From assembly GCA_017608705.1 (NCBI GenBank), contig JAFCFJ010000007.1, positions 1 through 56,546 on the forward strand: DNA of 56,546 nucleotides, written 5' to 3'. The translations under genes and the position numbers were made by a program. The notes beneath the pieces are model-generated. The model worked only from the letters and a program-made list of their open reading frames with translations, was not told the DNA's origin and searched no databases. Origin of the DNA: Candidatus Pacearchaeota archaeon (lineage in GTDB: Archaea > Nanobdellota > Nanobdellia > Pacearchaeales > GW2011-AR1). Of the stretch, positions 33,876 through 43,855 are shown in pieces. How positions within the stretch are numbered: the stretch's first letter is position 1; every line of letters begins with the position of its first letter.

Positions 33876-35408
33876 TTAATATTCTCTCGCTATATATACA
33901 ACAGCACTTGCTTTCTTGCCACAGATCACACATGGTCCATCCGGCTTCTCGGGTTCGAGCCTCGTACCGCGAACCCTTGCCTTGAGTTCTTTTTCTATAA
34001 CTTCGGCACATTTCTCTCCTTCATGTGATACAGAGCAAAAGTTGCATCTCGCTATCTTGCCCTGGTCAAGTGCCTCTGCAATTTCGTTTTTGCTCTTGGC
34101 ATCAACAATCCTATTCTCAAAAGCCTTGTCAGCCTGCTCTATCAGATTCTTGTCTATCTCCTTGCTTACCCTCTCTATGTATGAAAGCAGCTCTATCTCA
34201 GCTATCTCTTCCTTGCTCATCGTGTCACGCCTGAACACAACAAGCCTTTGTTGCTCAAGCTCGCGAGGCCCTATCTCTATTCTCAGCGGAACACCTTTCA
34301 TTTCCCAATAATAGAATTTATCGCCCACGCTCCGCTCACTCAAATCCACATCAGCATCAATTCCGTTAGCCAGCAGAAATTCTTTCAGCTCAAGCGCTTT
34401 CTTTATCACGCCTTCATTTTTCTCGCTTGCAACCGGCACGATAATAACCTGCAAAGGAGCGATACGCCAAGGAAAACGCAAGCCGTAATCGTCACCATGG
34501 ATAGCTATTACACTAGCAAAGATTCTCGAAACAGCAGGACCATAACACGTAATATAAACATATTTTTCCCTACCATCCCTATCACGAAACTTTATGTTAA
34601 AAGGCTTGGAGAAGTTTTGGCCAAGCAAATGTGTTGACGGCTGTTGAACAACCTTGCCGTCAGGATGCAAAACATCTGCTGCAAATGTAGCTACCGCGCC
34701 TGCAAATTTATCCCATTCTGGTCGCCTGAAGAATATGAAAGGCAAACCAAAGATATCATGTAAAACCTCTTTTGTTGTTTCCATATCTTCACGAACTTGC
34801 TCCATAGCCTCGCGCTCGCTTGCGAAGGCGCAGTGTGCTTCAATCCAATAGAACTCGCGGCTACGCAAGAAAGGCCTAGTAGCTTTTGTTTCATAACGGA
34901 ACACATTCGCACGCTGGTATGTTTTGAGAGGCAAGTCACGATAGCTTCTAATCCAGTAACTGAACATTTTGTAAAATGCGGTTTCTGATGTTGGCCTTAA
35001 CGCAAGTCTTTCGCTAAGTTTTTCTCCGTCGCCATGCTCTGTGACCCAAAAAACTTCTGGTGTAAAGCCTTTCACATGCTCTGCCTCAAGCTTGAAATTG
35101 CTTTCAGGGATCAGCGTAGGAAACCAATAAGGCTTGTGTCCCTTGCGTTGCAATGTTTCTTCAAGAAAACGATACATCTTCTCCATAGCAAGGACAGACC
35201 AAGGCTGGAATACGATAAAGCCCTTAACATTATAACGCAAATCAGCAAGTTCCGCGCGCTTAACTATCTCAGTAAACCACTCAGAAAAATTTTCCTCCTT
35301 GGAAATATTGAAAGTCACCTTTTCTTCTCCTACCTGTTCTTTAGCCACTGGCTTGCTTCCCTTGCTTTTCTCTCTCTTTCCGCCGCAACTCTTTCTTGCC
35401 TTGCTCAT
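33876..35408 (-). CDS. proS: prolyl-tRNA synthetase (archaeal/eukaryotic type)
   Basis: FSEWFTEIVKRAELADLRYNVKGFIVFQPW and FRYETKATRPFLRSREFYWIEAHC are present. The C-terminal Zn domain has CNFC...CVICG and ends in ...AREY. Confidence 0.9.
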   Translation of the reverse strand: MSKARKSCGGKREKSKGSKPVAKEQVGEEKVTFNISKEENFSEWFTEIVKRAELADLRYNVKGFIVFQPWSVLAMEKMYRFLEETLQRKGHKPYWFPTLIPESNFKLEAEHVKGFTPEVFWVTEHGDGEKLSERLALRPTSETAFYKMFSYWIRSYRDLPLKTYQRANVFRYETKATRPFLRSREFYWIEAHCAFASEREAMEQVREDMETTKEVLHDIFGLPFIFFRRPEWDKFAGAVATFAADVLHPDGKVVQQPSTHLLGQNFSKPFNIKFRDRDGREKYVYITCYGPAVSRIFASVIAIHGDDYGLRFPWRIAPLQVIIVPVASEKNEGVIKKALELKEFLLANGIDADVDLSERSVGDKFYYWEMKGVPLRIEIGPRELEQQRLVVFRRDTMSKEEIAEIELLSYIERVSKEIDKNLIEQADKAFENRIVDAKSKNEIAEALDQGKIARCNFCSVSHEGEKCAEVIEKELKARVRGTRLEPEKPDGPCVICGKKASAVVYIAREY

Positions 35409-35489
35409 GCCACCCCCACGTGAGGTGCTTTAATAAATTTTGCGATGGAGAAACGCAAGATATTTAAACCCTATGCCACGAGAAAAAGC

Positions 35490-35864
35490 ATGGCCACAAA
35501 AACAGGAAGAAAAGCAAGCGGCGGAAAGTACAAGAAAGCGAGAAAGAAACGAAAGTATGAAATGCCGGGCCAGCCACGCAAAGTAAAGCTTGGACCAACA
35601 AAGAAAAAGAAAATAAGAATGCGTGGCGGCAAATACAAAACAGTTCTGCTAAGCTGTGATGAAGCAAATGTTATAATGCCTGATGGCAAGGCAAAAAAGG
35701 TAAAGATAAAAAATGTATTAGAGACGCCAAGCGACCGCTTTCTCGCAAGACAGAATATCCTAGTTAAAGGGGCAATTATAGAAACAGAGCTCGGCAAGGC
35801 AAAAATCACAAATAGGCCAAGCCAGGAAGGAAGCGTCCAGGCAGTCTTGCTGCCCGAGGAATAA
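35490..35864 (+). CDS. rps8e: 30S ribosomal protein S8e (eS8)
   Basis: GRKASGGKYKKARKKRKYE...LVKGAIIETELGKAKITNRPSQEGSVQAVLL. I set the start at the ATG at 35490, about 25 nt after an ATATTTAAACC box. Confidence 0.85.
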   Translation: MATKTGRKASGGKYKKARKKRKYEMPGQPRKVKLGPTKKKKIRMRGGKYKTVLLSCDEANVIMPDGKAKKVKIKNVLETPSDRFLARQNILVKGAIIETELGKAKITNRPSQEGSVQAVLLPEE

Positions 35865-35950
35865 TTTATAAAGATTACGAAAGATTTTTAAATAAAAACC
35901 GAAAGATTTAAAAAGTTTTCTTCCCACTTTCTTTTAGAAGATTTAAAAAT
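35863..35950 (+). promoter_or_regulatory. tandem BRE/TATA-like boxes upstream of tfb
   Basis: TTTATAAAG at 35865, GAAAGATTTTTAAAT at 35879-35893, GAAAGATTTAAAAAG at 35901-35915 and AGAAGATTTAAAAAT at 35936-35950. The last box ends 22 nt before the ATG at 35972. Confidence 0.5.
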
Positions 35951-35971
35951 TTTTCGGTTCTAAAAGTGAAA

Positions 35972-36922
35972 ATGATAGCCACAATAAAAAAATGTCCGGA
36001 ATGTGGGAGTACTCATCTTATTCACGATGAACAACGAGGAGAAATAATTTGTGCAGATTGTGGTCTGGTAGTAGAGGACAAACTTGTAGATTCAAGTCAC
36101 GAGTTCTATGGCAAAGGTGAGGAAGGAGAGAAAAAGACAAGGGGTGGCGCTCCATTAAGCTTGCAAAAATTTGACAAAGGTCTAACAACAAATGTCGGTG
36201 AGATATCAGACATATACAAGCTTGAAGCAGAACAAACAAGAAAATTTTTCAGGCTCAAGAAATGGCAAGAACGTGTTAGCACAAGCATAGAACGCAATCT
36301 TAGACTTGCTATGGCAGAACTACGTCGCATAGCCTCATTCCTTGATCTGCCTAATGTTGTGCGTGATGAAGCAGCCCGCCTGTACAACCTTGTTCTGCAG
36401 CGAGGATTTGTTCGCGGCAGGAGTATGGAAGCTGTAATAGCTGCATGTATCTATGCAGCATGTCGCAGCTACAACATACCGCGCACGCTTGATGAGATAG
36501 CTAACGCGAGTGATGTGGAAAGAAAGGAAATAGGAAGGACATACCGCTTTATCATGAGGAAACTTGGAACAAAAACAAAACCTAGCTCACCCGAAGATTA
36601 CATACCAAGATTTGCTAGTATCCTCAACCTCTCACCAAAAGCACAGAGTGACGCGCTCAAATTGCTGAAAAGAAAAGAAGTAGCTGAGCTAACCAGTGGA
36701 AGGGGTCCAGCAGGAATAGCTGCTGCAGCCTTGTACATAGCAGCATTGCTAAACGACCAGAAAAAAACACAGCGCGAGGTGGCTGATGTGGCAGGCATAA
36801 CCGAAGTAACAATAAGGAACCGCTATAAAGAACTGCTCGAAAAACTAAAACTGGAAGAGAAGATAAAAATCAAAGAGGCAGAGACAAAATCTGGAAAAGG
36901 AAACAAAGGAAAAAAGAAATAA
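35972..36922 (+). CDS. tfb: transcription initiation factor IIB (TFB)
   Basis: The Zn ribbon is CPECGSTHLIHDEQRGEIICADCGLVVED, followed by two cyclin-fold repeats (RGRSMEAVIAACIYAACR; PAGIAAAALYIAAL). GTG at 35966 is an alternative start. Confidence 0.95.
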   Translation: MIATIKKCPECGSTHLIHDEQRGEIICADCGLVVEDKLVDSSHEFYGKGEEGEKKTRGGAPLSLQKFDKGLTTNVGEISDIYKLEAEQTRKFFRLKKWQERVSTSIERNLRLAMAELRRIASFLDLPNVVRDEAARLYNLVLQRGFVRGRSMEAVIAACIYAACRSYNIPRTLDEIANASDVERKEIGRTYRFIMRKLGTKTKPSSPEDYIPRFASILNLSPKAQSDALKLLKRKEVAELTSGRGPAGIAAAALYIAALLNDQKKTQREVADVAGITEVTIRNRYKELLEKLKLEEKIKIKEAETKSGKGNKGKKK

Positions 36923-36961
36923 ATTTTGTTTCAAATTAATTTTTTTATTTATCTTCTAGTA

Positions 36962-37756
36962 TTATAAGAACACTGTAGAGATTTTGTCAAAGTTTGGGCC
37001 TGAAAGTACGAGCACATGTACCTTCCCATAAATTCTGCTACTATTTATCGTGATCAGTTTTCCACCATGTGCAAACCAAGAACCCTCACTAGCTTTGTAA
37101 GGCTGATGACTCCTTATTATTTTCTTCACACCAAAAATTCTACATATTTTACCTATGATATCATAGCCAAAATTCACGCCGAGGCCGCGGCTGAGGTTCT
37201 TATGTTCACCTTCTAAACCGTCAGGCAAAGGATCGGACCATAGCACATCCAGCTCAATATCGCGTGAAGGATGGCATAAGTCTTGACGTGAGCCAATTTT
37301 TGATGAAACACCACCATGAACGAAAAGTGCTACATTCGGAATTATTGCTGAAAGGTAAAGCTGTTGCAGAAATGGCTTAAGCTCTTTCTCAAAAAATTCG
37401 TGCCATTCCAATCCTTTTCCTTTCACATCATTGACAAAATCACAAGGTGAAAACAAGGGTTCGCCAATAATGCTATAATCTTCGTGGTTCCCTTTCAGTG
37501 CTACAACCCTATGTGGGAACTTGTTTATAAGCTCATATACTTTCCTTACCACACCAACACTATTCGGGCCACGATCAGCATAGTCGCCGAGAAATATAAC
37601 TATATCATGTGTAAAGTTGACAATCTTCAACAGCAAGGCTAGGCTAGCATAATCCCCATGCAAATCACCGACTACGAACACACGCCTTATATCTCGCAAT
37701 TCGCTTTCGTGAAATTCATAAAGGGCCGGGGTTCGTAAAAGAGATCTAATTGTCAT
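36962..37756 (-). CDS. PPP-family serine/threonine protein phosphatase (metallophosphoesterase)
   Basis: The PPP signature motifs GDLHGD, GDYADRG and GNHE are present, then HGG. Confidence 0.85.
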   Translation of the reverse strand: MTIRSLLRTPALYEFHESELRDIRRVFVVGDLHGDYASLALLLKIVNFTHDIVIFLGDYADRGPNSVGVVRKVYELINKFPHRVVALKGNHEDYSIIGEPLFSPCDFVNDVKGKGLEWHEFFEKELKPFLQQLYLSAIIPNVALFVHGGVSSKIGSRQDLCHPSRDIELDVLWSDPLPDGLEGEHKNLSRGLGVNFGYDIIGKICRIFGVKKIIRSHQPYKASEGSWFAHGGKLITINSSRIYGKVHVLVLSGPNFDKISTVFL

Positions 37757-37837
37757 ATCAAAAGAGGGAAAAGAAAGTTAATAAATATAGCAATTCACAG
37801 GAAAATTTATAACCAAGCAAAAACAACGAAAGTGTTG

Positions 37838-37921
37838 GCGGGGGTGCCGGAGTGGACAAACGGGCCAGGCTTAGGACCTGGTGGCTTAGTGCCTGCGTAG
37901 GTTCGAATCCTACCCCCCGCA
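37838..37921 (+). tRNA. tRNA-Leu (TAG), long variable arm
   Basis: Acceptor GCGGGGG/CCCCCGC, anticodon arm CCAGG-CTTAGGA-CCTGG, variable arm TGGCTTAGTGCCTGC, T arm GTAGG-TTCGAAT-CCTAC. Confidence 0.9.
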
Positions 37922-37945
37922 TCATGCTAAAAAAAGAAACAATGT

Positions 37946-40900
37946 TTAAAGCACAACAAGTATTTCTGATGTTTCCTCATCACGCACCTCGCCTTGCTTG
38001 TCCAGACACTTAGCTCTTATCACATACTTGCCCTTACCAAGCATGCCAATAACCTGACTGTTTTCATCGTATGTAAAAGAACCACTAATAACTACCTGGT
38101 CTCGAAGTAAGGATTTTGAATAAACATAATAATCAAGCTTGTCACAATTGTGCTTTATATAGATTTTTATTTCATCACCCTCTTTCGCATCATAGGTTTC
38201 TTGTCTATTAACAATAAAAGCTATTTTCTTGATCTCATAACTTTTTTCATATGTCTCAGTTCCAGCGTTTGCTCCCGAACTGTTTACATTAACCACCAAC
38301 CCATCGCCAGAAAAACATAAGGTATAGAGACCAGAATTCTGAAACAGCAATCTTGATTTGTTCAGCACAGAAATCGCATCAAAATAATCTTTCAGCTTGC
38401 TCTCATGATCCTTAAGGGCTTTGCCGTTAAGCACTATTTCACCATCATTGCTAACATCAGCAATCAAAACCTCATCATAATGATCAAAAGATGCAGTCGG
38501 AACATAATAAACAAAATATATCCGTCTGTAATCCTCACGGTAATACACAGGGATCTTCTTGCCAGAGAGATAAAGCCAAAATTGACTAGCAAGCTTCCCC
38601 TCCCGCTTCTCTTTTCTGAAATAACCAACAGCTTCTCCAAGACCTTGCTCCTCGCATACGTCCTCCTTCTCACCGGAACTTTCATTCCCTCCTTGTTGTC
38701 CCTCCAGTTTATGCTCTCCCATCCTTATTTTTTCGCTTGCAAGAAGCTTTCTAGCATAAAGCTCAAAAGCATAACCACGCCTGAACAAGGCAAGCGCTTT
38801 TTGGTCATTGAAAACAGCACGCGCTTCTATATAGTCTGCCTTATTCGCAATCCTTGTCACGAGCTCCTTTGCATGAGACAAATCCGCAGTTTCAAGTTCA
38901 TCGATAAGCTCTCTGATCTCGTCAAGTCTCTGGCTTGCATCTTCTCTCGAGAGCATTCCTGTCTCGAGCGCATTGGCTATGCTTATATTCTCGATCTCAG
39001 CGAGTGTTTGATTGAGCAAGCCTGCATTACCAGTTGTTATTGCTTCCTCCACACTTTTCTTGTCAAGCCAACATCTAATCTTCGGATTGTCACAGTAGCC
39101 AACATCTACCCATCTGCTCGGGTCTGTGCCAAGCCCTGGATTATCTGTTGAGCAAACACGTACAACGCCTACGGTGTAGGCTCTCGGCATTACCGCTTCT
39201 TCTATCCTGCCCTGTAAGCTCCCGCCGGCAAGCATACCATATGGGCTCGGCTTTCCTCCAATACACTCGCTCTCTGTCGTGATTTGTGTTGTTGTGGCTT
39301 GCTCCTCAATATATTTGTCGCGCAAATAATTCAGGGCAAAGCTCGTGCTTACCTGTTTGAAACCACATTCCTCTTGCTGATTTACACGCACACATAGCTC
39401 AGCATAACCGCTTGGCGCAGTAAAGTCTTTTGAGCGCTGAACATAACTACCACGTGCTATGTAACCAGTATCAACAACATAGAAGGCTGGTGTAGCATAA
39501 AGACCTTGACTATCTTGGCGTCGAAGATAGACAGAGTAATAGGCACCGCGGTCCTTGCCAGCATATATATGATAGAAAACCTTGTAGTGTGATGTCGGCG
39601 GCACTGTTGCATCGCTGAAAGGAATTTCATCAAACCAGGCTGTGAATTGCGGCGGTGAATCTGGCTCAACAAAAGCTTTGATGTCTGTTGGGAACCGCGT
39701 AGATACAAAGGCTTTGCAAAATGTTGAGCCTGCCTGCTCTATGCTCCTTGCCTGAAACGCCTCGAATGCTTCCTTGCCATAATACGTGGTGAAGTAATCA
39801 ACTGATTTCTCCATGTTCTGCCATGCAGCCGTGACTGTGAGGTATTCGCCACCGCCACGTGTTGCCTGACCATACGCATGCTCTATTAGTTTAGGAATAA
39901 GCATGTTTATGAAAGGCGCTGCTTGTCTCCAGAAGAACTCGCATAAATAGATGGATTTTATTTGGTCGCATATGCCTATATTCCTTCCAGTAGCTAAGCT
40001 TTCTTGCAAACAATCTCGCGTGGCTCTCAAAATACTTAGATAGTTTTCTATACCAGCATGCAAACCTGTTAAGCATACAGGTAAGTAGATACCTTCACGA
40101 TAGTTCGGCCAGCACAACACAAGACTACCGAATATTCCGCTCTGCACCACGTTAGCAACACGATAAGTGCCGCCAAAATCACACCTGCTTGATGGGCAAA
40201 TGACAGGATCGCAAACATTGAACAGGATCTGGCAGTCACGAGGAGACATGAAATCAACACACTCTATTTCAGGCACATTCACAGCAGGCTCTACCCTTAC
40301 AGGCTGTTTGAAACCAAACATAGACAAATCCAAGGTTGCTAAGCCAGGCCTATAGCGTGAAGATGCATATGCGAGAGCCTTTTGCGCTTGCTGAAACACT
40401 CTCACGGCCTCGCTATTGCTCAAACCAGGGAACTGGTCAATAGGTTGTGCAGCACCAAGATTAAATTGTCTGCATATATCATCCCCTATCACGTCAAACT
40501 CTTCACGACCATTAGGACCAACATTGCAAATCCAAAACGTGGACGGCATGCCGCTAGCATAATAAGCTTTTGTTCCTCCGAATGCTGGCAATGTCTGCTT
40601 TGTAGCCACATACCAGCCATGCTCGGCATCGAACGGAACAAGAGCAGGCAGACCGCGATAAGGTTCTGTGTCATAGTAACGGACAACAGGATTTCTATAT
40701 TTGTTATGATAAACATCATCACCATACCGCATGTAAACTATGGCAACTGGTGCCTCTGCCTCTTTCACCGACCGCACGGTTCCGTCAGGAGCAAGCTCAA
40801 GAGCATAGCTCTTCAAAACACTATATTGGTTTCCTTCTCGCATCAATACCTGTAAATAAGATCTGCCACCAGCACCTATGTAATGTGTAATAGCCACAGG

Positions 40901-43855
40901 TGTTTCGTCATCAAGCTCCTGTAATTCTGTCGGCAACTCTACACCTTCAAACCTTCCCTTGATGTCTTGCCAGACAAGACCGTTGTAAGGTTCTTTCACA
41001 ATCTTATCTGCAAGCACAACATTAACCTTTTCTTGGTCGATATCAAAACTCCTGGCAAGAGTTGAAGTGCCAGCATAAAGCTCAACAAGACTCGAGATGT
41101 CTGCTGTTGTTTCGCCTATACGTTCCAGCGCAGTCTCTTGCAAAACCTCGCTCCTCGCAGCATCCTTGACAGAAAGCCACAGGTCTAGTTCTCGCAACTG
41201 TTCAAATCTAAGATTTTCTGCCTGTAACTTCCCAAGCAACTCGCGAACAGTTGTTGTTTTTTCCCTACCTCCTTCTGTGTAAGTAATTTGCTTATCACCA
41301 TATCTCTCAAGCAATTCATGATAATACTCTTCCTTTGCCTTCTCTGTATTCACAATGGTTTCGCCAAGCAGGCCTTTCTCGCTGTACTTCTCCTCTATGC
41401 TCTTTATCCTTTCGTTAACTTCTTGAATCTTGTTAGCAACAACACTAACATCTTGTTCTATCTCAGCATTTTTATTTATCAAACACTGTTGCCTTGTAGC
41501 ATATTGCCCATTCGCTACCAATTCATCACATTTTCTCTTCCATTCTTGCATTACCGCCTGCCTAGCAATGGCCTTACCGCTGAAACCTTCTATAAGGTTC
41601 TTTATATGCAAAAATGTTGATGTTAGCAAACAAGCACCTTTCATTCCTTTCACCATCTTACCAAGTCTCTCGTTGATACTCTCCCATTGCTCGATGCTCT
41701 TGTTCAGATTTGAGATCATCTCCATTGTTTTCTCTGGAGAAAGCTTGAGAGCTCGTTTTTCTATACCAATCTTCACCTCAAGACTCGTGTCGGTATAGCG
41801 ATTATGAGATTGTGGTATAACAGTAATCTTTGCATTCATCTCAGCCTTTACCTTCTTGAGCAAAACATCATAACCGCACAAAGTTCTTGGTCTATCAAGT
41901 TCAAGCCAGACCGTGCCTTCTCTTCCATACTTGGCTTCATCATAGCATTCATAGCGCACCCTTACTTTATCTTGCGCAATCTTCTCGATCCGTAACCATC
42001 CTTTATCACCGAGCAAAATCTTCGTATCTTGGCCGGCTGTCTCCTGCCACCAGCTCGTTGCATTGCTTACAACAATAGCTACGCTCAGCTCGTCTATACT
42101 CGGCATGGAAATTGACTCCAAACGTATAACATGGAATTCATCACCAATTTGAACAAAAGTGCTTTCTCCATAAAATTGCATGCCGACTGGCCACTCACCA
42201 TAAACCTCTTTATATCTGTTCACTATGTCAGCATAAGTTTGCATCTTGTCACTGTCCTTAGCCAAAAGAGCAGCACGCTCCAATGCAAGTTGGCCAAGCC
42301 TTTCGCCATTGAATTCCTCTTGTGGGTAATCATCGGCAAGGCGCAGATAATCGCTAAACGCATTGCCAAGGACAGATTCGAGATTAGGAGACCAGTGCTT
42401 TTCCACCATCGTGCTTCTTAGCCTTATCTCAACATCATCGACAACTATGCTATCCAACCCATCCTTATCAACAAGGACAAAAGCGTTAATTCCTTGCTTC
42501 CTTGTTTCGTTCTCCACCTGCTCTTTGAATTCTTCCATGCTTTTTGGCCTCTTTGCATAGGAAAGACCAGCAGATGTCAGTAATTTCACCATACTATCCA
42601 CCTTTTCTAAGATATCCTCGCTGTAACCCTGTGTAAGTACGACAAACATTTTTTGCTCACCTGTGCCTAAACCATAACGTGATAAATAAGCTGGCGTCAG
42701 ACCAATGTAAGCAAGAGAAAAATTCGCGGTCAGCTTTTCACCTATACTGACATTAACAATCTCTCCGCCCACATCAAAATCAAGAACAGAAGGTAAAAGT
42801 CTAAGTTCCAACCTCGGATTGCCTGTACAGCTAATGCTGACACTTCCTCCATAGGCAGTTGTTTCTATCTTCGTAACCCTGCATTTGTCATCAAGAAAGG
42901 TTTCTCCCTCATAAACATAGAGCAAGCGATCATCAACTCTGAGCTTAGCTCTCTTCTCAGGCAAGACAACGTCATCAAGCCTTACTTGCAAGGCAGCCCT
43001 ACAATAAAATCCAGGCAAGTATATCTTTGGCGAGAGCTCGCCCTTTTTCACAGTAAAGCTTGCTACACGTCTCAGGTCTGGAGAATAAATGCTAATCTTA
43101 GCTCTGTCTTCACTAACAGCTTCAGCCCTTATATAGCCCTTACCATTCCAAAATGCATAAGCTTCGTGCTGTTTTTGCCATTCATCCTTGCTAAGCACAG
43201 GTAAAACAAAGCGGTCGCGTGAAATGCCGTGAATGTTAGCAGCATCATAATATATCCTTGCTGTTATATTTGCTGTAACCCAATCAGGCATCTCCTTTTC
43301 AGAAGGTTGTCTTCTCAGCACAATGATAAGATAACCAGCATTATTCAAGATTGGCGCGCCAAGCAAGTTGTCGCGCCCTACCCAAACTCTTGCCGGCTGA
43401 TACCCAATTGTTTTTATATATTCGTTCCTTTCTTGCAGTATTGGTCTTATATACTTAATACCCTCCACATCAAGAAACGGGTTGAGCTTCAAGGCATCGA
43501 TTCTGCAAAACACCGCTACATCTTGTTCTTCGAGCAAATCACTCCTGACAACAGCTGGCTGACATGCTCCAGGCAGTATCTGCAAAACAAAGTCCTGCGT
43601 CGCATTACATTTCTCCGGCTCATACATTGAAGGCCAGAACAATCCTGTCGGTTGTTGCCTAACAAATCTGCTATAAGTTGGCTGTCCATACTGCACATTC
43701 ACATAGCGATACGAATCAAAGCCTGCTGTTGGAGAAAATGACTGTGCATTAACTAAAGAGATAAGCGCAAGGAAAGCTACAATAGCCAGGGCTAGCAATA
43801 CTCTTTTCCCTACTTTAGCTTTTCTATCACATAACACTAATGATTGCCTTTGCAT
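37946..43855 (-). CDS. giant secreted protein (~1969 aa) with a Sec-type signal peptide, a coiled-coil middle and a Cys-rich module; no recognisable family
   Basis: One uninterrupted ORF; the track starts it at the TTG at 43882. I prefer the ATG at 43855, which gives MQRQSLVLCDRKAKVGKRVLLALAIVAFLALISLVNA/QS. I see no C-terminal TM segment. By my count, about 17 Cys are clustered at roughly 39070-40270. Confidence 0.7.
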   Translation of the reverse strand: MQRQSLVLCDRKAKVGKRVLLALAIVAFLALISLVNAQSFSPTAGFDSYRYVNVQYGQPTYSRFVRQQPTGLFWPSMYEPEKCNATQDFVLQILPGACQPAVVRSDLLEEQDVAVFCRIDALKLNPFLDVEGIKYIRPILQERNEYIKTIGYQPARVWVGRDNLLGAPILNNAGYLIIVLRRQPSEKEMPDWVTANITARIYYDAANIHGISRDRFVLPVLSKDEWQKQHEAYAFWNGKGYIRAEAVSEDRAKISIYSPDLRRVASFTVKKGELSPKIYLPGFYCRAALQVRLDDVVLPEKRAKLRVDDRLLYVYEGETFLDDKCRVTKIETTAYGGSVSISCTGNPRLELRLLPSVLDFDVGGEIVNVSIGEKLTANFSLAYIGLTPAYLSRYGLGTGEQKMFVVLTQGYSEDILEKVDSMVKLLTSAGLSYAKRPKSMEEFKEQVENETRKQGINAFVLVDKDGLDSIVVDDVEIRLRSTMVEKHWSPNLESVLGNAFSDYLRLADDYPQEEFNGERLGQLALERAALLAKDSDKMQTYADIVNRYKEVYGEWPVGMQFYGESTFVQIGDEFHVIRLESISMPSIDELSVAIVVSNATSWWQETAGQDTKILLGDKGWLRIEKIAQDKVRVRYECYDEAKYGREGTVWLELDRPRTLCGYDVLLKKVKAEMNAKITVIPQSHNRYTDTSLEVKIGIEKRALKLSPEKTMEMISNLNKSIEQWESINERLGKMVKGMKGACLLTSTFLHIKNLIEGFSGKAIARQAVMQEWKRKCDELVANGQYATRQQCLINKNAEIEQDVSVVANKIQEVNERIKSIEEKYSEKGLLGETIVNTEKAKEEYYHELLERYGDKQITYTEGGREKTTTVRELLGKLQAENLRFEQLRELDLWLSVKDAARSEVLQETALERIGETTADISSLVELYAGTSTLARSFDIDQEKVNVVLADKIVKEPYNGLVWQDIKGRFEGVELPTELQELDDETPVAITHYIGAGGRSYLQVLMREGNQYSVLKSYALELAPDGTVRSVKEAEAPVAIVYMRYGDDVYHNKYRNPVVRYYDTEPYRGLPALVPFDAEHGWYVATKQTLPAFGGTKAYYASGMPSTFWICNVGPNGREEFDVIGDDICRQFNLGAAQPIDQFPGLSNSEAVRVFQQAQKALAYASSRYRPGLATLDLSMFGFKQPVRVEPAVNVPEIECVDFMSPRDCQILFNVCDPVICPSSRCDFGGTYRVANVVQSGIFGSLVLCWPNYREGIYLPVCLTGLHAGIENYLSILRATRDCLQESLATGRNIGICDQIKSIYLCEFFWRQAAPFINMLIPKLIEHAYGQATRGGGEYLTVTAAWQNMEKSVDYFTTYYGKEAFEAFQARSIEQAGSTFCKAFVSTRFPTDIKAFVEPDSPPQFTAWFDEIPFSDATVPPTSHYKVFYHIYAGKDRGAYYSVYLRRQDSQGLYATPAFYVVDTGYIARGSYVQRSKDFTAPSGYAELCVRVNQQEECGFKQVSTSFALNYLRDKYIEEQATTTQITTESECIGGKPSPYGMLAGGSLQGRIEEAVMPRAYTVGVVRVCSTDNPGLGTDPSRWVDVGYCDNPKIRCWLDKKSVEEAITTGNAGLLNQTLAEIENISIANALETGMLSREDASQRLDEIRELIDELETADLSHAKELVTRIANKADYIEARAVFNDQKALALFRRGYAFELYARKLLASEKIRMGEHKLEGQQGGNESSGEKEDVCEEQGLGEAVGYFRKEKREGKLASQFWLYLSGKKIPVYYREDYRRIYFVYYVPTASFDHYDEVLIADVSNDGEIVLNGKALKDHESKLKDYFDAISVLNKSRLLFQNSGLYTLCFSGDGLVVNVNSSGANAGTETYEKSYEIKKIAFIVNRQETYDAKEGDEIKIYIKHNCDKLDYYVYSKSLLRDQVVISGSFTYDENSQVIGMLGKGKYVIRAKCLDKQGEVRDEETSEILVVL

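Noticed and set aside
35863-35950. Short direct repeats upstream of tfb as a possible mini CRISPR array
   Set aside because: The units are only ~15 nt, A/T-rich, irregularly spaced and identical to promoter boxes elsewhere in the window. No cas genes are present.
38405-39151. 248-aa plus-strand ORF, plus many 60-160-aa ORFs between 38400 and 45700 on either strand
   Set aside because: All lie inside the two long uninterrupted minus-strand ORFs. None has a promoter box or a motif. They are typical shadow ORFs.
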